Source: Rhodospirillales bacterium
GTDB taxonomy: Bacteria; Pseudomonadota; Alphaproteobacteria; Acetobacterales; Acetobacteraceae
Length of the DNA stretch: 53,998 nt
Assembly: GCA_028288785.1 (NCBI GenBank)
Contig: JAQGHV010000138.1
Location: 1-53,998, forward strand
Direction: 5' to 3'
Shown here: piece by piece, positions 38,985 through 50,132 of the stretch
Layout of the letters: each line of letters opens with the position of its first letter
Numbering within the stretch: position 1 is the stretch's first letter
Position numbers and translations under genes: made by a program
The notes under the pieces: generated by a model
What the model was told of the DNA's origin: nothing
What the model saw: the letters and a program-made list of their open reading frames with translations, nothing else
Databases searched by the model: none

Positions 38985-39919
38985 TCACGCGTCGCGCCAC
39001 GCTGGCCGTCTCGGCAGGCTTGCTGGCGCGACCAGCACTGGGGCAGCAGGGTCGCCTCACCCTGACCCTTCTCGTCGGCGCCCCCGCGGGATCCGCCGCG
39101 GATCGCTGGGGGCGTGGTTTCGCGCCGTTCCTCGAACGGCATTGGCCACGCAGCAGCGTCGCCATCGCCAACATCGCCGGCGGCGCCGGCCTGGTCGCCA
39201 TCCGCGCCATCGCGGACGCGCACCCCGATGGCAAGGCGATAGCCGCCATCTCCACGCCCTTCCTGCTCGCCCAGGCCATCGAGACCGGTGCGCGAGGATT
39301 GATCGAACGCCTCGACTTCATGGGCGCCGTAGCCGAGGAGCTGATTGTGCTGGTGACGGCGCCCGGCGTCACGCCGGACCTCGCGAGCATCAGCAGCATC
39401 GGCGCGCGCGGCCGACTGGGCTCGCCGCCGCCGGGCAGCGCCGCACAGCTCGCCGCGCGCAGCATCAGCGCGCTGATGCCGCTGGAGCTGATTGCCTTCC
39501 CCTCCGCCAGCACCGCGCGCCAGGCGGTGATGGCGGGCAACCTCACCGCCGCACTGCTGCCGCTGCCGGACGCGCTGGGTGCGATCCGCGAGGGCAGGCT
39601 TCAGGCCGTGGCGGTGTCGGGCCGAGCACGTAGCCCGCATCTGCCGGACCTGCCCTGCTTCGGCGAGTTCGGGATGCCGGATGTCGCCGTCACCCAGCGC
39701 GGCTTCGTGCTGCCGAAGGGCGTGACGGCCCTGATGCGCGAAGGATTTTCGGAGGCGCTGGAAGCAGTGCTCGCGGACCCGGAATTCACCGCCCAGAACA
39801 GCGCGATGGGTCGGACGCCGCGCCTGATTAAGGCTTCAGCCTGGTCAGCCGAGGTCCACGCGCTGACCGACGCCCTGCAGCGCCGCTGGGATGCCGAGCC
39901 CTGGGTGCGCCGGAGTTGA
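38981..39919 (+). CDS. Tripartite tricarboxylate transporter substrate-binding protein (Bug/TctC-like, divergent)
   Basis: Tat-like TRRATL, N..GGAG, PDG, R..LPDLP.F.E.G. Confidence 0.75.
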   Translation: MITRRATLAVSAGLLARPALGQQGRLTLTLLVGAPAGSAADRWGRGFAPFLERHWPRSSVAIANIAGGAGLVAIRAIADAHPDGKAIAAISTPFLLAQAIETGARGLIERLDFMGAVAEELIVLVTAPGVTPDLASISSIGARGRLGSPPPGSAAQLAARSISALMPLELIAFPSASTARQAVMAGNLTAALLPLPDALGAIREGRLQAVAVSGRARSPHLPDLPCFGEFGMPDVAVTQRGFVLPKGVTALMREGFSEALEAVLADPEFTAQNSAMGRTPRLIKASAWSAEVHALTDALQRRWDAEPWVRRS

Positions 39920-40070
39920 TATCGACGGTCATCAAGAATGACCGTCAATTTCGATACTTTTTTGTGCCCTCAGGCGCCGGGCGCACGCTGCGCGCTCGGC
40001 TCGCCGGACTACCGGCAGCGCCCGTTCGGGCTTGCGACCCGCGATGCGGGCCGCGGGGCGCCGAACAGCT
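39918..40070 (+). repeat. Intergenic repeat family B copy (best preserved)
   Basis: Hairpin GACGGTCAT-CAAGA-ATGACCGTC, TTTTTTGTGCCCTCAGGCG, GCGCACGCTGCGCGCTCGGCTCGCC, GACCCGCGATGC. Confidence 0.78.
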
Positions 40071-41237
40071 TCAGGTATAGACGGCGCGGTACAGCGCCTC
40101 GATCTCCGCCGCGTCCGGCACGCGCGGATTGTTGCCCGGGCTGCCCGAGGCCAGCGCCTGCCGCGCCATGGTCGTCACCAACCCATCCCACTGGTCAGCG
40201 CCGATGCCGTAGCCAGCCGGCGAAGGCACCGCCAATTCGCGGTTCAACGCCTGTAGCTCCTCGACCAGCTTCGCAGCCGCCGATTGGTCGCCCTCGTCGC
40301 GGCCGGCGACGCCCATGGCACGCGCCGCCTCGGCGTAGCGCGGCAGTGCGGCGTTCAGGCCGAAAGCGGTGACGGTTGGGAGCAGCATGGCATTGGACAG
40401 CCCGTGCGGGACGTGGAAATGCGCGCCGATGGGGCGCGACATCCCATGCACCAAGGCGACCGATGCGTTCGAGAAGGCGATGCCAGCGAGGGTCGCGCCC
40501 TTCATCATCGCGGCGCGCGCTGCGGCATCGGAGGGGTTCGCGTACACGGTGCGCAAGTTTGGCGCGATGAGGCGCATGGCACGCAGCGCATACTCATCGC
40601 TCTCCTCCGTCGCGAGCTTGGAGACGAAGGCTTCCAGCGCATGCGTCAGGCTGTCGATGCCGGTATCGGCCGTGGTGCGCGGCGGCACGCTGAAGGTGAG
40701 CTCGTAATCCACGATCGCCGCGATCGGCAGGGCGCCGAGGCCAGCGATCAGCATCTTCTCGTCGTTCTCGGTGTCGGTGATGATGGTAAAGCGCGTTGCT
40801 TCGCTGCCGGTGCCCGCGGTGGTCGGAATGCAGACCACCGGGAGCGCCCCGCGATTGGCCTGCGCCGGCACCTTGAACTCTCGCATGTGGGTTCCCGGCG
40901 GCGCCGCGGCGAGGATCGCGATCGCCTTGGCCGTGTCCATCGGAGAGCCGCCGCCGAAGCCGATCAGGCAGTCGAAATTGCCTTCCCGCAGGGCAGCGAC
41001 CCCGGCCTCGATCACTGTGTCGGTCGGGTCCGGCACCGTGTCGGCGAAGATGCTGGCCTCGATGCCCCCAGCCCTGAGCGGCGCCAGCACGCGATCCACC
41101 ATGCCGGAGGAGACCATGAACGCGTCGGTCACGATCAAGGGGCGCGAGAAGCCGAGCTGCCCCAGGACCTCGGCGGTACGGGCGACGGCGCCGCCCCCTA
41201 TGAGCAACAGGCGTGGCGATTGAAACCGCGTGATCAT
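40071..41237 (-). CDS. Iron-containing alcohol dehydrogenase
   Basis: [36 protein letters not shown]. Confidence 0.93.
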   Translation of the reverse strand: MITRFQSPRLLLIGGGAVARTAEVLGQLGFSRPLIVTDAFMVSSGMVDRVLAPLRAGGIEASIFADTVPDPTDTVIEAGVAALREGNFDCLIGFGGGSPMDTAKAIAILAAAPPGTHMREFKVPAQANRGALPVVCIPTTAGTGSEATRFTIITDTENDEKMLIAGLGALPIAAIVDYELTFSVPPRTTADTGIDSLTHALEAFVSKLATEESDEYALRAMRLIAPNLRTVYANPSDAAARAAMMKGATLAGIAFSNASVALVHGMSRPIGAHFHVPHGLSNAMLLPTVTAFGLNAALPRYAEAARAMGVAGRDEGDQSAAAKLVEELQALNRELAVPSPAGYGIGADQWDGLVTTMARQALASGSPGNNPRVPDAAEIEALYRAVYT

Positions 41238-42301
41238 GGCCGCTTTCCCCCGGCGCGAGCCGCCGCGTAGAGAGCGAGGCGCCGCACTGCATTGGGCGCG
41301 AACCCCGCGCCGGCGGCAGTGTCGACCATCGGCAACCGCTCCGCCAGATGGCACGCGACCTGGCTCTCGCCGACCGGGCGCAGCGCGGGTTCCTCCACCC
41401 GGCAGCGGTCCTCCGCGAAGGCGCAACGCGTGTGGAAGCGGCACCCGCGCGGGATCGCCATCGGTGAGGGCACATCGCCACCGAGTGGCGTCACGCGGCC
41501 ACGCCCGCTGGGGTCCGGGTGCGGGATGGCCGCGAGCAGCGCCCGCGTATAGGGGTGGCGCGGCGCGGCGAATAGCGCCCGCTTGGGTGCGATCTCCACG
41601 ATGCGACCGAGGTACATAACGGCCACCCGGTCGGCCATGTGCTTCACCACCGCGAGGTCGTGGGCGATGAACAGGTACGCCAGCCCGAAGCGGCGCTGCA
41701 GCTCCTTCAGCAGGTTCACCACCTGCGCCTGGATCGAGACGTCCAGCGCGCTCACCGGCTCATCGCAGACGATCAGTTCCGGCCGCAGGCTGAGCGCGCG
41801 GGCGATGCCGATGCGCTGGCGCTGCCCGCCCGAGAACTCATGGGGAAACCGCGCCGCGTGGAAGGGTGCGAGGCCTACCAGCGCCAGCAGTTCTTCAACC
41901 CGGGCGCGCCGTGCGGCACCGTCGCCGACGCCATGGACGATCATCGGCTCCGCGATGGTGTCCCCCACGCTCATGCGCGGGTTAAGGCTAGCATAGGGGT
42001 CCTGAAACACGATCTGCGCGCGCCGGCGCAGGGCGCGCAGAGGCGCGCCGCCCATCTTCGTGACATCCTTGCCCTCGAACCGGATGCTCCCCGCGGAGGG
42101 CTCGATCAGGCGAAGTGCCAACCGCGCCGTGGTGGACTTGCCGCAGCCGCTCTCGCCGACCAGGGCCAGGGTCTCACCGCGATCGACATGGAAGGAGACG
42201 CCGTCCACCGCGCGCACCGTCCCTGTCTGCCGCGCGATGATCATGCCGCTGCGTACCGGGTAGTGCTTGGCGAGATCACGTACTTCCAGCAGTGGCGTCA
42301 T
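41234..42301 (-). CDS. Peptide-family ABC ATPase (DppF/OppF-like)
   Basis: [29 protein letters not shown]-terminal Cys cluster. Confidence 0.93.
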   Translation of the reverse strand: MTPLLEVRDLAKHYPVRSGMIIARQTGTVRAVDGVSFHVDRGETLALVGESGCGKSTTARLALRLIEPSAGSIRFEGKDVTKMGGAPLRALRRRAQIVFQDPYASLNPRMSVGDTIAEPMIVHGVGDGAARRARVEELLALVGLAPFHAARFPHEFSGGQRQRIGIARALSLRPELIVCDEPVSALDVSIQAQVVNLLKELQRRFGLAYLFIAHDLAVVKHMADRVAVMYLGRIVEIAPKRALFAAPRHPYTRALLAAIPHPDPSGRGRVTPLGGDVPSPMAIPRGCRFHTRCAFAEDRCRVEEPALRPVGESQVACHLAERLPMVDTAAGAGFAPNAVRRLALYAAARAGGKRP

Positions 42302-43287
42302 AGCGCGAGCGCCGCCTCGATCGGTGCGCGGATGCAGGCCGCGAGGTGGCCATCCGCGACGACCCGCAGCGGCGGCACCACATCGTTGCAAGGCGAGATC
42401 ATGAAGGGGCAGCGCGGCGCAAACCGGCAGCCAGGCGGCAGCGCGAAGGGCGGCGGCACGGTGCCGTCGATGGCGAGGAGGGTCTCGCGCTCCTCATCGA
42501 GCCGCGGGATCGAGCCGAGCAGCCCAAGCGTATAGGGGTGCTGCGGGTCCTCAAAGATCTCGCGCGCGGTGCCGCGCTCGACGACGCGGCCGGCGTACAT
42601 GACGGCGACCTCGTCAGCCATTTCGGAGACCACGCCGAGGTCGTGGGTGATCAGGATGATGCTCATTCCCGTCTCCGCCTGCAGGTCGCGCAGGAGATCC
42701 AGGATCTGCGCCTGCACGGTCACATCGAGCGCCGTGGTGGGCTCGTCGGCGATCAGCAGGCGCGGCGCGCAGGCGAGCGCCATCGCGATCATCATGCGCT
42801 GCCGCATGCCGCCCGAAAGCTGGTGCGGGTACTCGTCGAAGCGGCGCTCGGGTGCCGGGATGCGCACGCGGCGCAGCGCCTCGATAGCGCGGTTGCGCAG
42901 TTCGGCATTGGATGCGGCGCCATCATGCGCGCGCATCGCCTCCATGATCTGGTCGCCAATGCTGTGCACCGGGTTCAGCGAGGTCATCGGCTCCTGGAAG
43001 ATCATCGCGACGTCGCGGCCGCGCACGTCCCGCATGTCGGAATTCGGCAGCGTCAGCAGGTCCCGGCCATCCAGCAGCACGCGGCCGGTATCGACCCTGC
43101 CCGGCTGAGGCACCAGGCGCATCACCGACAGCGAGAGCATGGATTTGCCGCACCCGCTCTCCCCCACGATGCCGAGTGTGCGTCCCTGCGGCACTTCGAG
43201 CGACACGCCATCCACCGCCGGGATGTCCCCGCCGCTGCTGCGGAAGACCGTGCGCAAATTCTCAATGCGCAACAGCGGTTCGGTCAT
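42298..43287 (-). CDS. Peptide-family ABC ATPase (DppD/OppD-like)
   Basis: [33 protein letters not shown]. Confidence 0.93.
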   Translation of the reverse strand: MTEPLLRIENLRTVFRSSGGDIPAVDGVSLEVPQGRTLGIVGESGCGKSMLSLSVMRLVPQPGRVDTGRVLLDGRDLLTLPNSDMRDVRGRDVAMIFQEPMTSLNPVHSIGDQIMEAMRAHDGAASNAELRNRAIEALRRVRIPAPERRFDEYPHQLSGGMRQRMMIAMALACAPRLLIADEPTTALDVTVQAQILDLLRDLQAETGMSIILITHDLGVVSEMADEVAVMYAGRVVERGTAREIFEDPQHPYTLGLLGSIPRLDEERETLLAIDGTVPPPFALPPGCRFAPRCPFMISPCNDVVPPLRVVADGHLAACIRAPIEAALAL

Positions 43288-44717
43288 GTCCAGCGGAAGG
43301 TGGTGGGGGCGATCTGCTCGGCGCTGCGATGCGCCCAGTCGCGCTGCGGCACCTGGCCCTCGATGCGCTTTTGCGATTCATGCAGATGCGCGGCGGCGGC
43401 GCGGTAATCCATGGTCAGCACCTCGCCATCTTCGACAACCTTATGGCCATCGACATAGACGGCTTTGAGCGCGCGATCGCCGGCGGAATAGATCAGGCTG
43501 CGCAGCGGGTCGCGGGCAGGCTGCATGCGCGGATGCGTCACGTCGACCAGCGAGAAATCGGCCCGGCACCCGACTGCGAGCCGCCCGATATCGTCGCGCC
43601 CGAGTGCCTGTGCACCGCCGATCGTGGCCGCGTGGAACAGGTCGGAGGAAGACAGCGTCCGCGGGTCCGTCGCCTGCGTCCGCGCCACGTAGGCGGCGAG
43701 CCGCATTTCATCGAGCATGTTGTGCGGATAGGTGTCGGTGCCGAGCCCAAGGTTCACACCTGCGCGCCGGTACCGCCCGATATCCTTCAGCGAAATGCCG
43801 CGCCGCGCAAAGACGGTCGGGCAATGCGCGACCGTGGTGCCGGTCTCCGCCAGCCGGGAAAGGTCGGTCCGCGTGTGCCACGGCGTCGAGGGGTGATCGT
43901 CGAGGAAGATGCCATGCCCGATGATCGCGCGCTCCGACAGCAGGCCCATGGAGTCGAGCCAGCCGATCGGGGTGAAGCCGTGGCGTCGCGTGATCTCGTG
44001 GAACTCGACCACTGATTGCGCCGCATGGATCTGCCACGACAAGCCGCGCGCATTGGCCTCCTGCTTGCTCTCACGCAGCAGCGTCTCGGAGCAGGTGTCG
44101 ATCTGCGCCGGCACGACCATGCCGAACAGGCGGCCGCATTCATGCTGCTCGGCGCGCTCGATCAGGGTAAAGGCCTCGGCCATCGCCTTCTCGCCCGCCG
44201 CCTCGTCCCACTCATATTCCACGACGTGGCCATTCTTGGTGAACCAGCGCGCGGAGCGGAACATCGGCGCGATGCAGACGCGCATCCCTGCTTCGGCCAG
44301 CAGGTCGAGCCAGCCCGGATGTGCCATCGAGAGATCGGCGACGGTGGTGACGCCGGAGAGCAGCAACTCGCTCATCGCGACCCGGACGCAGGAGGGCACC
44401 GCCTCGGCATCGGCGCGGAAGATCGGCAGGTATTCGTACAACGACGAATTGTAGAGGCCGGGCGTCCCGACCTCATCAGTGAACCCCTTGTTCATCGGCT
44501 CGCTGGACGGGTGCGAGTGGATGTTGACCAGGCCTGGCATCACCATCAGCCCTGCGCCGTCGATCACGCTATCCGGCGTGCCGACGTAGCCACGGCCAAC
44601 AAAGGTCAGCACGCCATCCTTGAAGGCGATGTCAGCGTCGGCGAGGTAGGTGTGTTCCTTCGCCGTGGCATCCCAGGCGATGGCGAGGTCCGCGTTGCGG
44701 ATCAGTGTCGTGGTCAT
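43284..44717 (-). CDS. Amidohydrolase (MtaD/AtzA-like deaminase fold)
   Basis: PGLVNIHSH, IHAAQ, GHG, LGTD, GRLAVG..AD. Confidence 0.9.
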   Translation of the reverse strand: MTTTLIRNADLAIAWDATAKEHTYLADADIAFKDGVLTFVGRGYVGTPDSVIDGAGLMVMPGLVNIHSHPSSEPMNKGFTDEVGTPGLYNSSLYEYLPIFRADAEAVPSCVRVAMSELLLSGVTTVADLSMAHPGWLDLLAEAGMRVCIAPMFRSARWFTKNGHVVEYEWDEAAGEKAMAEAFTLIERAEQHECGRLFGMVVPAQIDTCSETLLRESKQEANARGLSWQIHAAQSVVEFHEITRRHGFTPIGWLDSMGLLSERAIIGHGIFLDDHPSTPWHTRTDLSRLAETGTTVAHCPTVFARRGISLKDIGRYRRAGVNLGLGTDTYPHNMLDEMRLAAYVARTQATDPRTLSSSDLFHAATIGGAQALGRDDIGRLAVGCRADFSLVDVTHPRMQPARDPLRSLIYSAGDRALKAVYVDGHKVVEDGEVLTMDYRAAAAHLHESQKRIEGQVPQRDWAHRSAEQIAPTTFRWT

Positions 44718-45100
44718 GCGATGGATCCCGGCGCGTGGCAGACGGCCTCGAGATTGTGGCCGTTCAGGTCGGTGATGAAGGCTGCATAGTAGTCCGGATG
44801 GTACATCGGGCGGAGCCCCGGCGCGCCATTGTCGGCACCGCCGGCGGCGAGTGCCGCGACATGGAAGGCATTCACCGCCGCGCCGTCGGGCGCGGCTATC
44901 GCGAGGTGCATATGTCCCGGCGGTGGCCCTGCCAGGGCCGCCGCGCCGAACCAGAAGGCGCGCTTGCCTTCAGGTCCCATCATGGCCCAGGCGTCGCCCT
45001 CCATCTGGATCGTCCAGCCAAGCGGCGCCAAGGCCGCCGCGTAGAAGGTGCGGCCTGCCGGGAAATTGGTCACCGAAAAGCCGATGTGACCGAATGCCAT
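44714..45100 (-). CDS. VOC/glyoxalase family protein
   Basis: HIGFSV, HLA, DNGAPGLRP.Y, D..GHNLEAV. Confidence 0.9.
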   Translation of the reverse strand: MAFGHIGFSVTNFPAGRTFYAAALAPLGWTIQMEGDAWAMMGPEGKRAFWFGAAALAGPPPGHMHLAIAAPDGAAVNAFHVAALAAGGADNGAPGLRPMYHPDYYAAFITDLNGHNLEAVCHAPGSIA

Positions 45101-45110
45101 TGCCGCGTCC

Positions 45111-46691
45111 CTAACGCGTTAGCCTGATATCGAGGCCCTTGTAGAGCCCGATGCCATAGATGCCGTGCGCCCGCGCGCCCTCCACCCGTTGCGCCGAGGC
45201 CAGCCACAAATTCTCCCGCGCGATCGGCAGCCAGACATTGTTCTCGGCCGCGATCCGCTGCGCCTCGGCAATCGCGGCCAAGCGGACGTTGGCATCGAGC
45301 GCGGTCTTGGCCGTGTCCAGCGCAGTGTCAGTGCGCGGGTCGGACCAGTTCATGCGGTTGGGCGTGGGCCGGTTGCGGCTGTCGAAGTAGAGCGCGAAGG
45401 CATCGGTCGCGGTGATGTAGGGGTAGGACATAACGAACGCGTCGAATTCCTGCGTCGCGAGACGGCCCCAACCCACGGTCGCATCCCAAAGCTGGATGCG
45501 CATCTCGATGCCTATGCGGCAAAGGTCGGCCTGGATCGCCTCGGTCGCTTGGCGCCACTCGTTCGTCTGCAGGCCGTAGAGGAGGAAGGTCGCGCGCTGG
45601 CCGTCCTTCACGCGGACGCCGTCCGGCCCCATCACCCAGCCCGCCTCATCCAGCACGCGGCGCGCCGCGGCGGGGTCGAACTGCGGCACCAGGGCTGCGG
45701 CCTCCGCACTGTAGCCGGCGGTGTTCGGGTTGAGGTAGGCGGTCGCGGGCTCGGCATTGCCGAAAAATACGGCGCGCACGATGGCGGCACGATTGACCGC
45801 GAGGTTGATCGCGCGGCGCACGGCGGGGTCGCTCACCACCGGCTTGTCGACCTTGAAGCCCAGGAAGAAGTCCCAGAAGTAGTTCTCCTGCCGCGACATA
45901 CGGATGGTCGGCACGTTGCGCAGCTGCTGGATGGCAATGTTGGGGATGTATTGCGTGACGTCCCCCTGCCCTGTCTGCAGCGCGGCGAGGCGCGTGTTGG
46001 CCTCCGGGATCACGCGCCAGATCACGCGATCCACCTGCGGCGCGGGGTTGGTGTAGATCGGCGAGCCCCAGCGGTAGTTCGGGTGGCGCTGCAGCACTAG
46101 CTCCTGGCGCGGCGTCCAGCTCACCCAGCAGTAGGGGCCGGTGCCGTTGAAGCCCTGGCTGCCGAAATTCTGGCCAAGCCGCTCGACCGAGTTACGGTCC
46201 ACGATCGAGGCGAAGAACAGGGTGAGCTGGTACAGCAGATCGCCGAAGGGCTCCGTGAGTTCATACTCAACGGTGAAGTCATCGACGGCGCGCACCTGCC
46301 GCACCGGCCCAGCGCGCCAGCGAACCGGAGAGCGATTGGCCGGGTCCACCCAGCGATTGATCGTGTAGGCCACGTCCTGCGCCGTCATCGGGCGGCCGTC
46401 GCAGAAGGTGACGTCGCGGCGCAGATGGAAGGTGTAGGTCTTGCCGTCCGGGCTCACCTCCCAGCGTTCGGCGAGGCCGGGGCGCACCGTGCGCATGTCC
46501 CAGTCGAGCGACACGAGCGTGTCGCTCATCATGTAGACGACTTCGCCGGCGCCGCGCGCAGTGGAGCGGATCGGGTCGTAATTGTCGGCGTCGATCTCGC
46601 GCAGCACGACCAGCGTGTTGCGCGGCGCCGCCTGGGCCAGCGCCTCGCCTGCGCCGAACACCAGCAGCAGCAGGGTTAAGAGATGTCGCAT
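45111..46691 (-). CDS. ABC substrate-binding protein family 5
   Basis: Signal peptide, PGLAE.W, F.LR.DV.F.DG, GTGPY, VRRAI. Confidence 0.92.
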   Translation of the reverse strand: MRHLLTLLLLVFGAGEALAQAAPRNTLVVLREIDADNYDPIRSTARGAGEVVYMMSDTLVSLDWDMRTVRPGLAERWEVSPDGKTYTFHLRRDVTFCDGRPMTAQDVAYTINRWVDPANRSPVRWRAGPVRQVRAVDDFTVEYELTEPFGDLLYQLTLFFASIVDRNSVERLGQNFGSQGFNGTGPYCWVSWTPRQELVLQRHPNYRWGSPIYTNPAPQVDRVIWRVIPEANTRLAALQTGQGDVTQYIPNIAIQQLRNVPTIRMSRQENYFWDFFLGFKVDKPVVSDPAVRRAINLAVNRAAIVRAVFFGNAEPATAYLNPNTAGYSAEAAALVPQFDPAAARRVLDEAGWVMGPDGVRVKDGQRATFLLYGLQTNEWRQATEAIQADLCRIGIEMRIQLWDATVGWGRLATQEFDAFVMSYPYITATDAFALYFDSRNRPTPNRMNWSDPRTDTALDTAKTALDANVRLAAIAEAQRIAAENNVWLPIARENLWLASAQRVEGARAHGIYGIGLYKGLDIRLTR

Positions 46692-46708
46692 GGCCCAATC
46701 TCCTTGGT

Positions 46709-47575
46709 TCAGACGCGCAGCCGGGGGTCGAGCGCATCGCGCAGCGCATCGCCTAGCATGTTGAATGCCAGCACCACCGCGAAGATCGCGACGGACGGGA
46801 TCACCGCGATATGCGGTGCGAAAAACAGGAAGTTGCGCCCCTCGCTCGCCATCGCGCCGAGTTCCGGGTTCGGCGGTTGGGCGCCAAGCCCGAGGAACGA
46901 CAGCGCGGAGCCGAGCAGGATCACCTGTCCGAAGCGAAGCGTGGCGAACACGAACAACGCGGAGAGGCAATTGGGTGCCAGGTGGCGCCAGATGAGGCGG
47001 AGGTCGCCCATGCCGGTGGCACGCGCCGCCTCGATGTAGTCAGCGCGCATCACCACCAGAGCCGAGCCGCGCACGATCCGCGCCATCAGTGGCACCGTCG
47101 CGACCGAGAGTGCCAGCACCACCGCGGGCATGCCAGGCCCGAGGATGGCCGCGATCGCGAGGCCGAACAGGATGGCCGGGAAGGACAGCATGATGTCGAC
47201 CAGGCGCATGATCGGCGCATCGAGCCAGCGCTGGTAGAAGGCGGCCAGGAAGCCCAGCGCCGCACCGATGCCTCCGCCGAGGATGACCGCGAAGAACCCC
47301 ATCGCGAGCGAGGCGCGCAGCCCATAGAGCAACCGCGTGACCAGGTTGCGACCCTGCGCATCGGCGCCGAGCGGCAGGCCCTCGGTGCCCGGCGGCGCCA
47401 TGGATTGCGAGAGATCGTTGTCGAAGGGATCGGTCGGTGAGAGCCACGGCGCGAAGATGGCGGCCAGCAGCACCACCACCACGAAGACGAGCGCCACCGC
47501 GGCGCCGGGATCGCGGGTCAGCCGGCGCAGCAGCCCGGGGCGCGCGGGCGCCATGGTAACGACGGTGGTGCTCAT
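46709..47575 (-). CDS. ABC permease (DppC-like)
   Basis: LGAD.QGR, YIEAARA.G, LSFLGLG. Confidence 0.93.
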   Translation of the reverse strand: MSTTVVTMAPARPGLLRRLTRDPGAAVALVFVVVVLLAAIFAPWLSPTDPFDNDLSQSMAPPGTEGLPLGADAQGRNLVTRLLYGLRASLAMGFFAVILGGGIGAALGFLAAFYQRWLDAPIMRLVDIMLSFPAILFGLAIAAILGPGMPAVVLALSVATVPLMARIVRGSALVVMRADYIEAARATGMGDLRLIWRHLAPNCLSALFVFATLRFGQVILLGSALSFLGLGAQPPNPELGAMASEGRNFLFFAPHIAVIPSVAIFAVVLAFNMLGDALRDALDPRLRV

Positions 47576-48513
47576 GCCGCGCGCATCCGCGGGTCGAGCG
47601 CCGCATAAAGAACATCGACGATCAGATTGACCAGGATGAAGCCCAGCGAGAGCACGATAATGGTGCCCTGCGCCATCGGCAAATCCGACGAGGTGATCGC
47701 GCCGACCGCAAGGCGCCCCACACCAGGCCAAGTGAAGACGGTCTCGGTCACGACCGCCCCGCCCAGCAGGAAGCCAATCTGCAGGCCGATCAGCGTCACG
47801 ATCGGTACCATCGCATTGCGCAGCGCATGGCGCAGCACCACCAGCCGCTCCGACAGCCCCTTCGCGCGCGCGGTCCGGACATGGTCGAGCGAGAGCACGT
47901 CCAGTACCGCCGTCCGCGTCATGCGTGACACCGGCCCCACGAAGACGCCGCCCAGCGTGATCGCCGGGAGCGCCAGCGAGCGGAGCCCGTCCAGGGTCCA
48001 GACCGGACCGCCGCGACCGGTGAATGGCAACCACTGCCACTTGAAGCCGACATACCAGATCAGGATCAGCCCGAGGAAGAACACCGGGATCGACACGCCT
48101 GCGACGGAGATCGCCATCACGCCACGATCGATCAGCGTGCCGCGGTAGTAGGCGCCGAGTGTGCCCAGAAAGATCCCGAGCGGAATGGACCAAAACAGGC
48201 TGGCGAGCATCAATTCCAAAGTCGGCCCAATGGTCGCGCCAAGCTCCTGTACGACGGGGACGTTGTTGATGATCGAGACGCCGAGATCACCCTGCGCAAG
48301 CCGCCACAAGTAGAGCCCGAACTGCACCGCGAGTGGCTTGTCGAGCCCGAGGTCGCGGCGGATTTCCGCGATGAGCTCCGCCGAGGCCTGCGGTCCCGCG
48401 CGCACCGTCGCGGGATCGGTCGGCACGACCTGCATGAGCAGGAAGCCGATCAGCAGCACGCCGAACAGCACAGGCACCGCGAGTAGCAGGCGATGCAGCG
48501 CATGACGCAGCAT
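47572..48513 (-). CDS. ABC permease (DppB-like)
   Basis: GDLG.S, TARAKGL, HALRNA, E.VF.WPG.G. Confidence 0.93.
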   Translation of the reverse strand: MLRHALHRLLLAVPVLFGVLLIGFLLMQVVPTDPATVRAGPQASAELIAEIRRDLGLDKPLAVQFGLYLWRLAQGDLGVSIINNVPVVQELGATIGPTLELMLASLFWSIPLGIFLGTLGAYYRGTLIDRGVMAISVAGVSIPVFFLGLILIWYVGFKWQWLPFTGRGGPVWTLDGLRSLALPAITLGGVFVGPVSRMTRTAVLDVLSLDHVRTARAKGLSERLVVLRHALRNAMVPIVTLIGLQIGFLLGGAVVTETVFTWPGVGRLAVGAITSSDLPMAQGTIIVLSLGFILVNLIVDVLYAALDPRMRAA

Positions 48514-50132
48514 CAGGCGAGCGCCCCGTGCCGGTCGAAGATCGCCGCACCTTCGCGGAGCGTCAGGTCGGCCCGCACGTCGGGAAGTGCCGAGTGGTCA
48601 ATCGCGAAGATGTCGTCCGACAGCACCGCGATGTCAGCCTGCATGCCGACTTCCAGCGTGCCGCGCCGATCCTCCGCGAACTGCGTGTACGCGCCGCACC
48701 AGGTGTAGCAATGCACCGCCTCGGCGATGGTCAACGACTCGGATGGGCCCAGAAGCGTGCCCTTGTTGGTGCGCCGCGTCGCCATCGTGAACAGGTTGAG
48801 GAAGGGATCGACGGTGGAGACCGGGCAATCCGACGATGCGGCGGGATGGTGCCCCTCATCGAGCCAAGTCTTCATCGGGTAGGCCAGCTCGCTGCGGGGA
48901 AGTCCAAGGTTCTTCACGTAGGTGTCGCCGAACTCATACATGAAGATCGGCTGGGGCACCGGCAGGATGCCGCGCGCCTTCATGCGTCGTCGCTGGTCGC
49001 GGTTGAGAAAGCCGCAATGCTCGATCCGGTGGCGCCGGCCGGCGAAGGGGTGCGCGTCGCTGTCGGCGGCCTCCATGCCTTGCAGCACCTGCTCGATCGC
49101 GGCGTCGCCAATGGCGTGGATGTCGAGCTGCCAGCCCTGCTCATGATACAGCTTGAGCAAGGCGTGGATTTTCTCGTCCGGGAATGTGAAGACGCCGGTT
49201 CCATCGCCGATCAGATAGGGCTCGAAGAACGCCGCGGTGAGGCCACCGGCCGAGCCATCCGCGAACACCTTCACCGCGCCCCAGCGCAGGCCGTCATCGC
49301 CATCATTCGGGCGCATCCCGGTAACCCAGGCTTCTGCGGCGATGCCCTCGGGATTGCCGGCGAGCACCTGCCACATGCGCAGCGGGAGACGCCCGTCGCG
49401 CAAGGCAGCGCGATACGCGCCGATCTCCGCGATACCAGCGGTCATGCCGACATTCATGTCACTGGCGCTGGCAAAGCCACGGCCCGCGAGGTCAAGGTTG
49501 GCGGCTGCAATCGCATCCACCATCGCCGCCTGCGAAGGGTGCGGCTGGTGGTCGCGCACCAGGCGCATCGCGCGTTCCTGGAACAGGCCGGTGAGCGCGC
49601 CGCCACGACGTTCGATCACGCCGCCTTCGGGGTCCGGCGTGTTGTGGCCGACGTCCGCGATCCGCATCGCCACGGAGTTGGCGACACCCATATGCCCGCA
49701 GGTGCGGGTGATGAAGACGGGATTGCGCGGCGCGACACGGTCCAATTCGGCGGCCGTCGGATGCCGCGCAACATCAAGCGCGTCGTGGTCGTAACCGCAA
49801 CCCAGAATCCACGCGCCCGGCGCGGCTTCGGCCGCCGCCGCCCCGATGCGGCGCAGCGCCTCATCGAGCGTCGTGACCTGTTCCGCGCGGAGGTTCACCT
49901 GCTTGAGGCCAAGGCCATACGGCAGCAGGTGCATGTGCGCTTCGTTCAGGGCCGGGATCGCGACGCGGCCATCGAGTTCCAGCCGCCGCGTGCCGATGGG
50001 GGCCATCTGCGCCACATCGGCCGTTTCGCCGACCGCCGCGACGTGACCGTCGACGACCAGCACAGCCTCGGCAAAACCACCCGCGAGGCCGCGGAACACG
50101 CGGCCCCCCGAGATCAGCAGCGGTGGCTGCAT
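48513..50132 (-). CDS. Amidohydrolase_3 (YtcJ/NfdA-like)
   Basis: EAHMH, K.FADGS, HAIGD, RIEH, SSDCP. Confidence 0.9.
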   Translation of the reverse strand: MQPPLLISGGRVFRGLAGGFAEAVLVVDGHVAAVGETADVAQMAPIGTRRLELDGRVAIPALNEAHMHLLPYGLGLKQVNLRAEQVTTLDEALRRIGAAAAEAAPGAWILGCGYDHDALDVARHPTAAELDRVAPRNPVFITRTCGHMGVANSVAMRIADVGHNTPDPEGGVIERRGGALTGLFQERAMRLVRDHQPHPSQAAMVDAIAAANLDLAGRGFASASDMNVGMTAGIAEIGAYRAALRDGRLPLRMWQVLAGNPEGIAAEAWVTGMRPNDGDDGLRWGAVKVFADGSAGGLTAAFFEPYLIGDGTGVFTFPDEKIHALLKLYHEQGWQLDIHAIGDAAIEQVLQGMEAADSDAHPFAGRRHRIEHCGFLNRDQRRRMKARGILPVPQPIFMYEFGDTYVKNLGLPRSELAYPMKTWLDEGHHPAASSDCPVSTVDPFLNLFTMATRRTNKGTLLGPSESLTIAEAVHCYTWCGAYTQFAEDRRGTLEVGMQADIAVLSDDIFAIDHSALPDVRADLTLREGAAIFDRHGALA

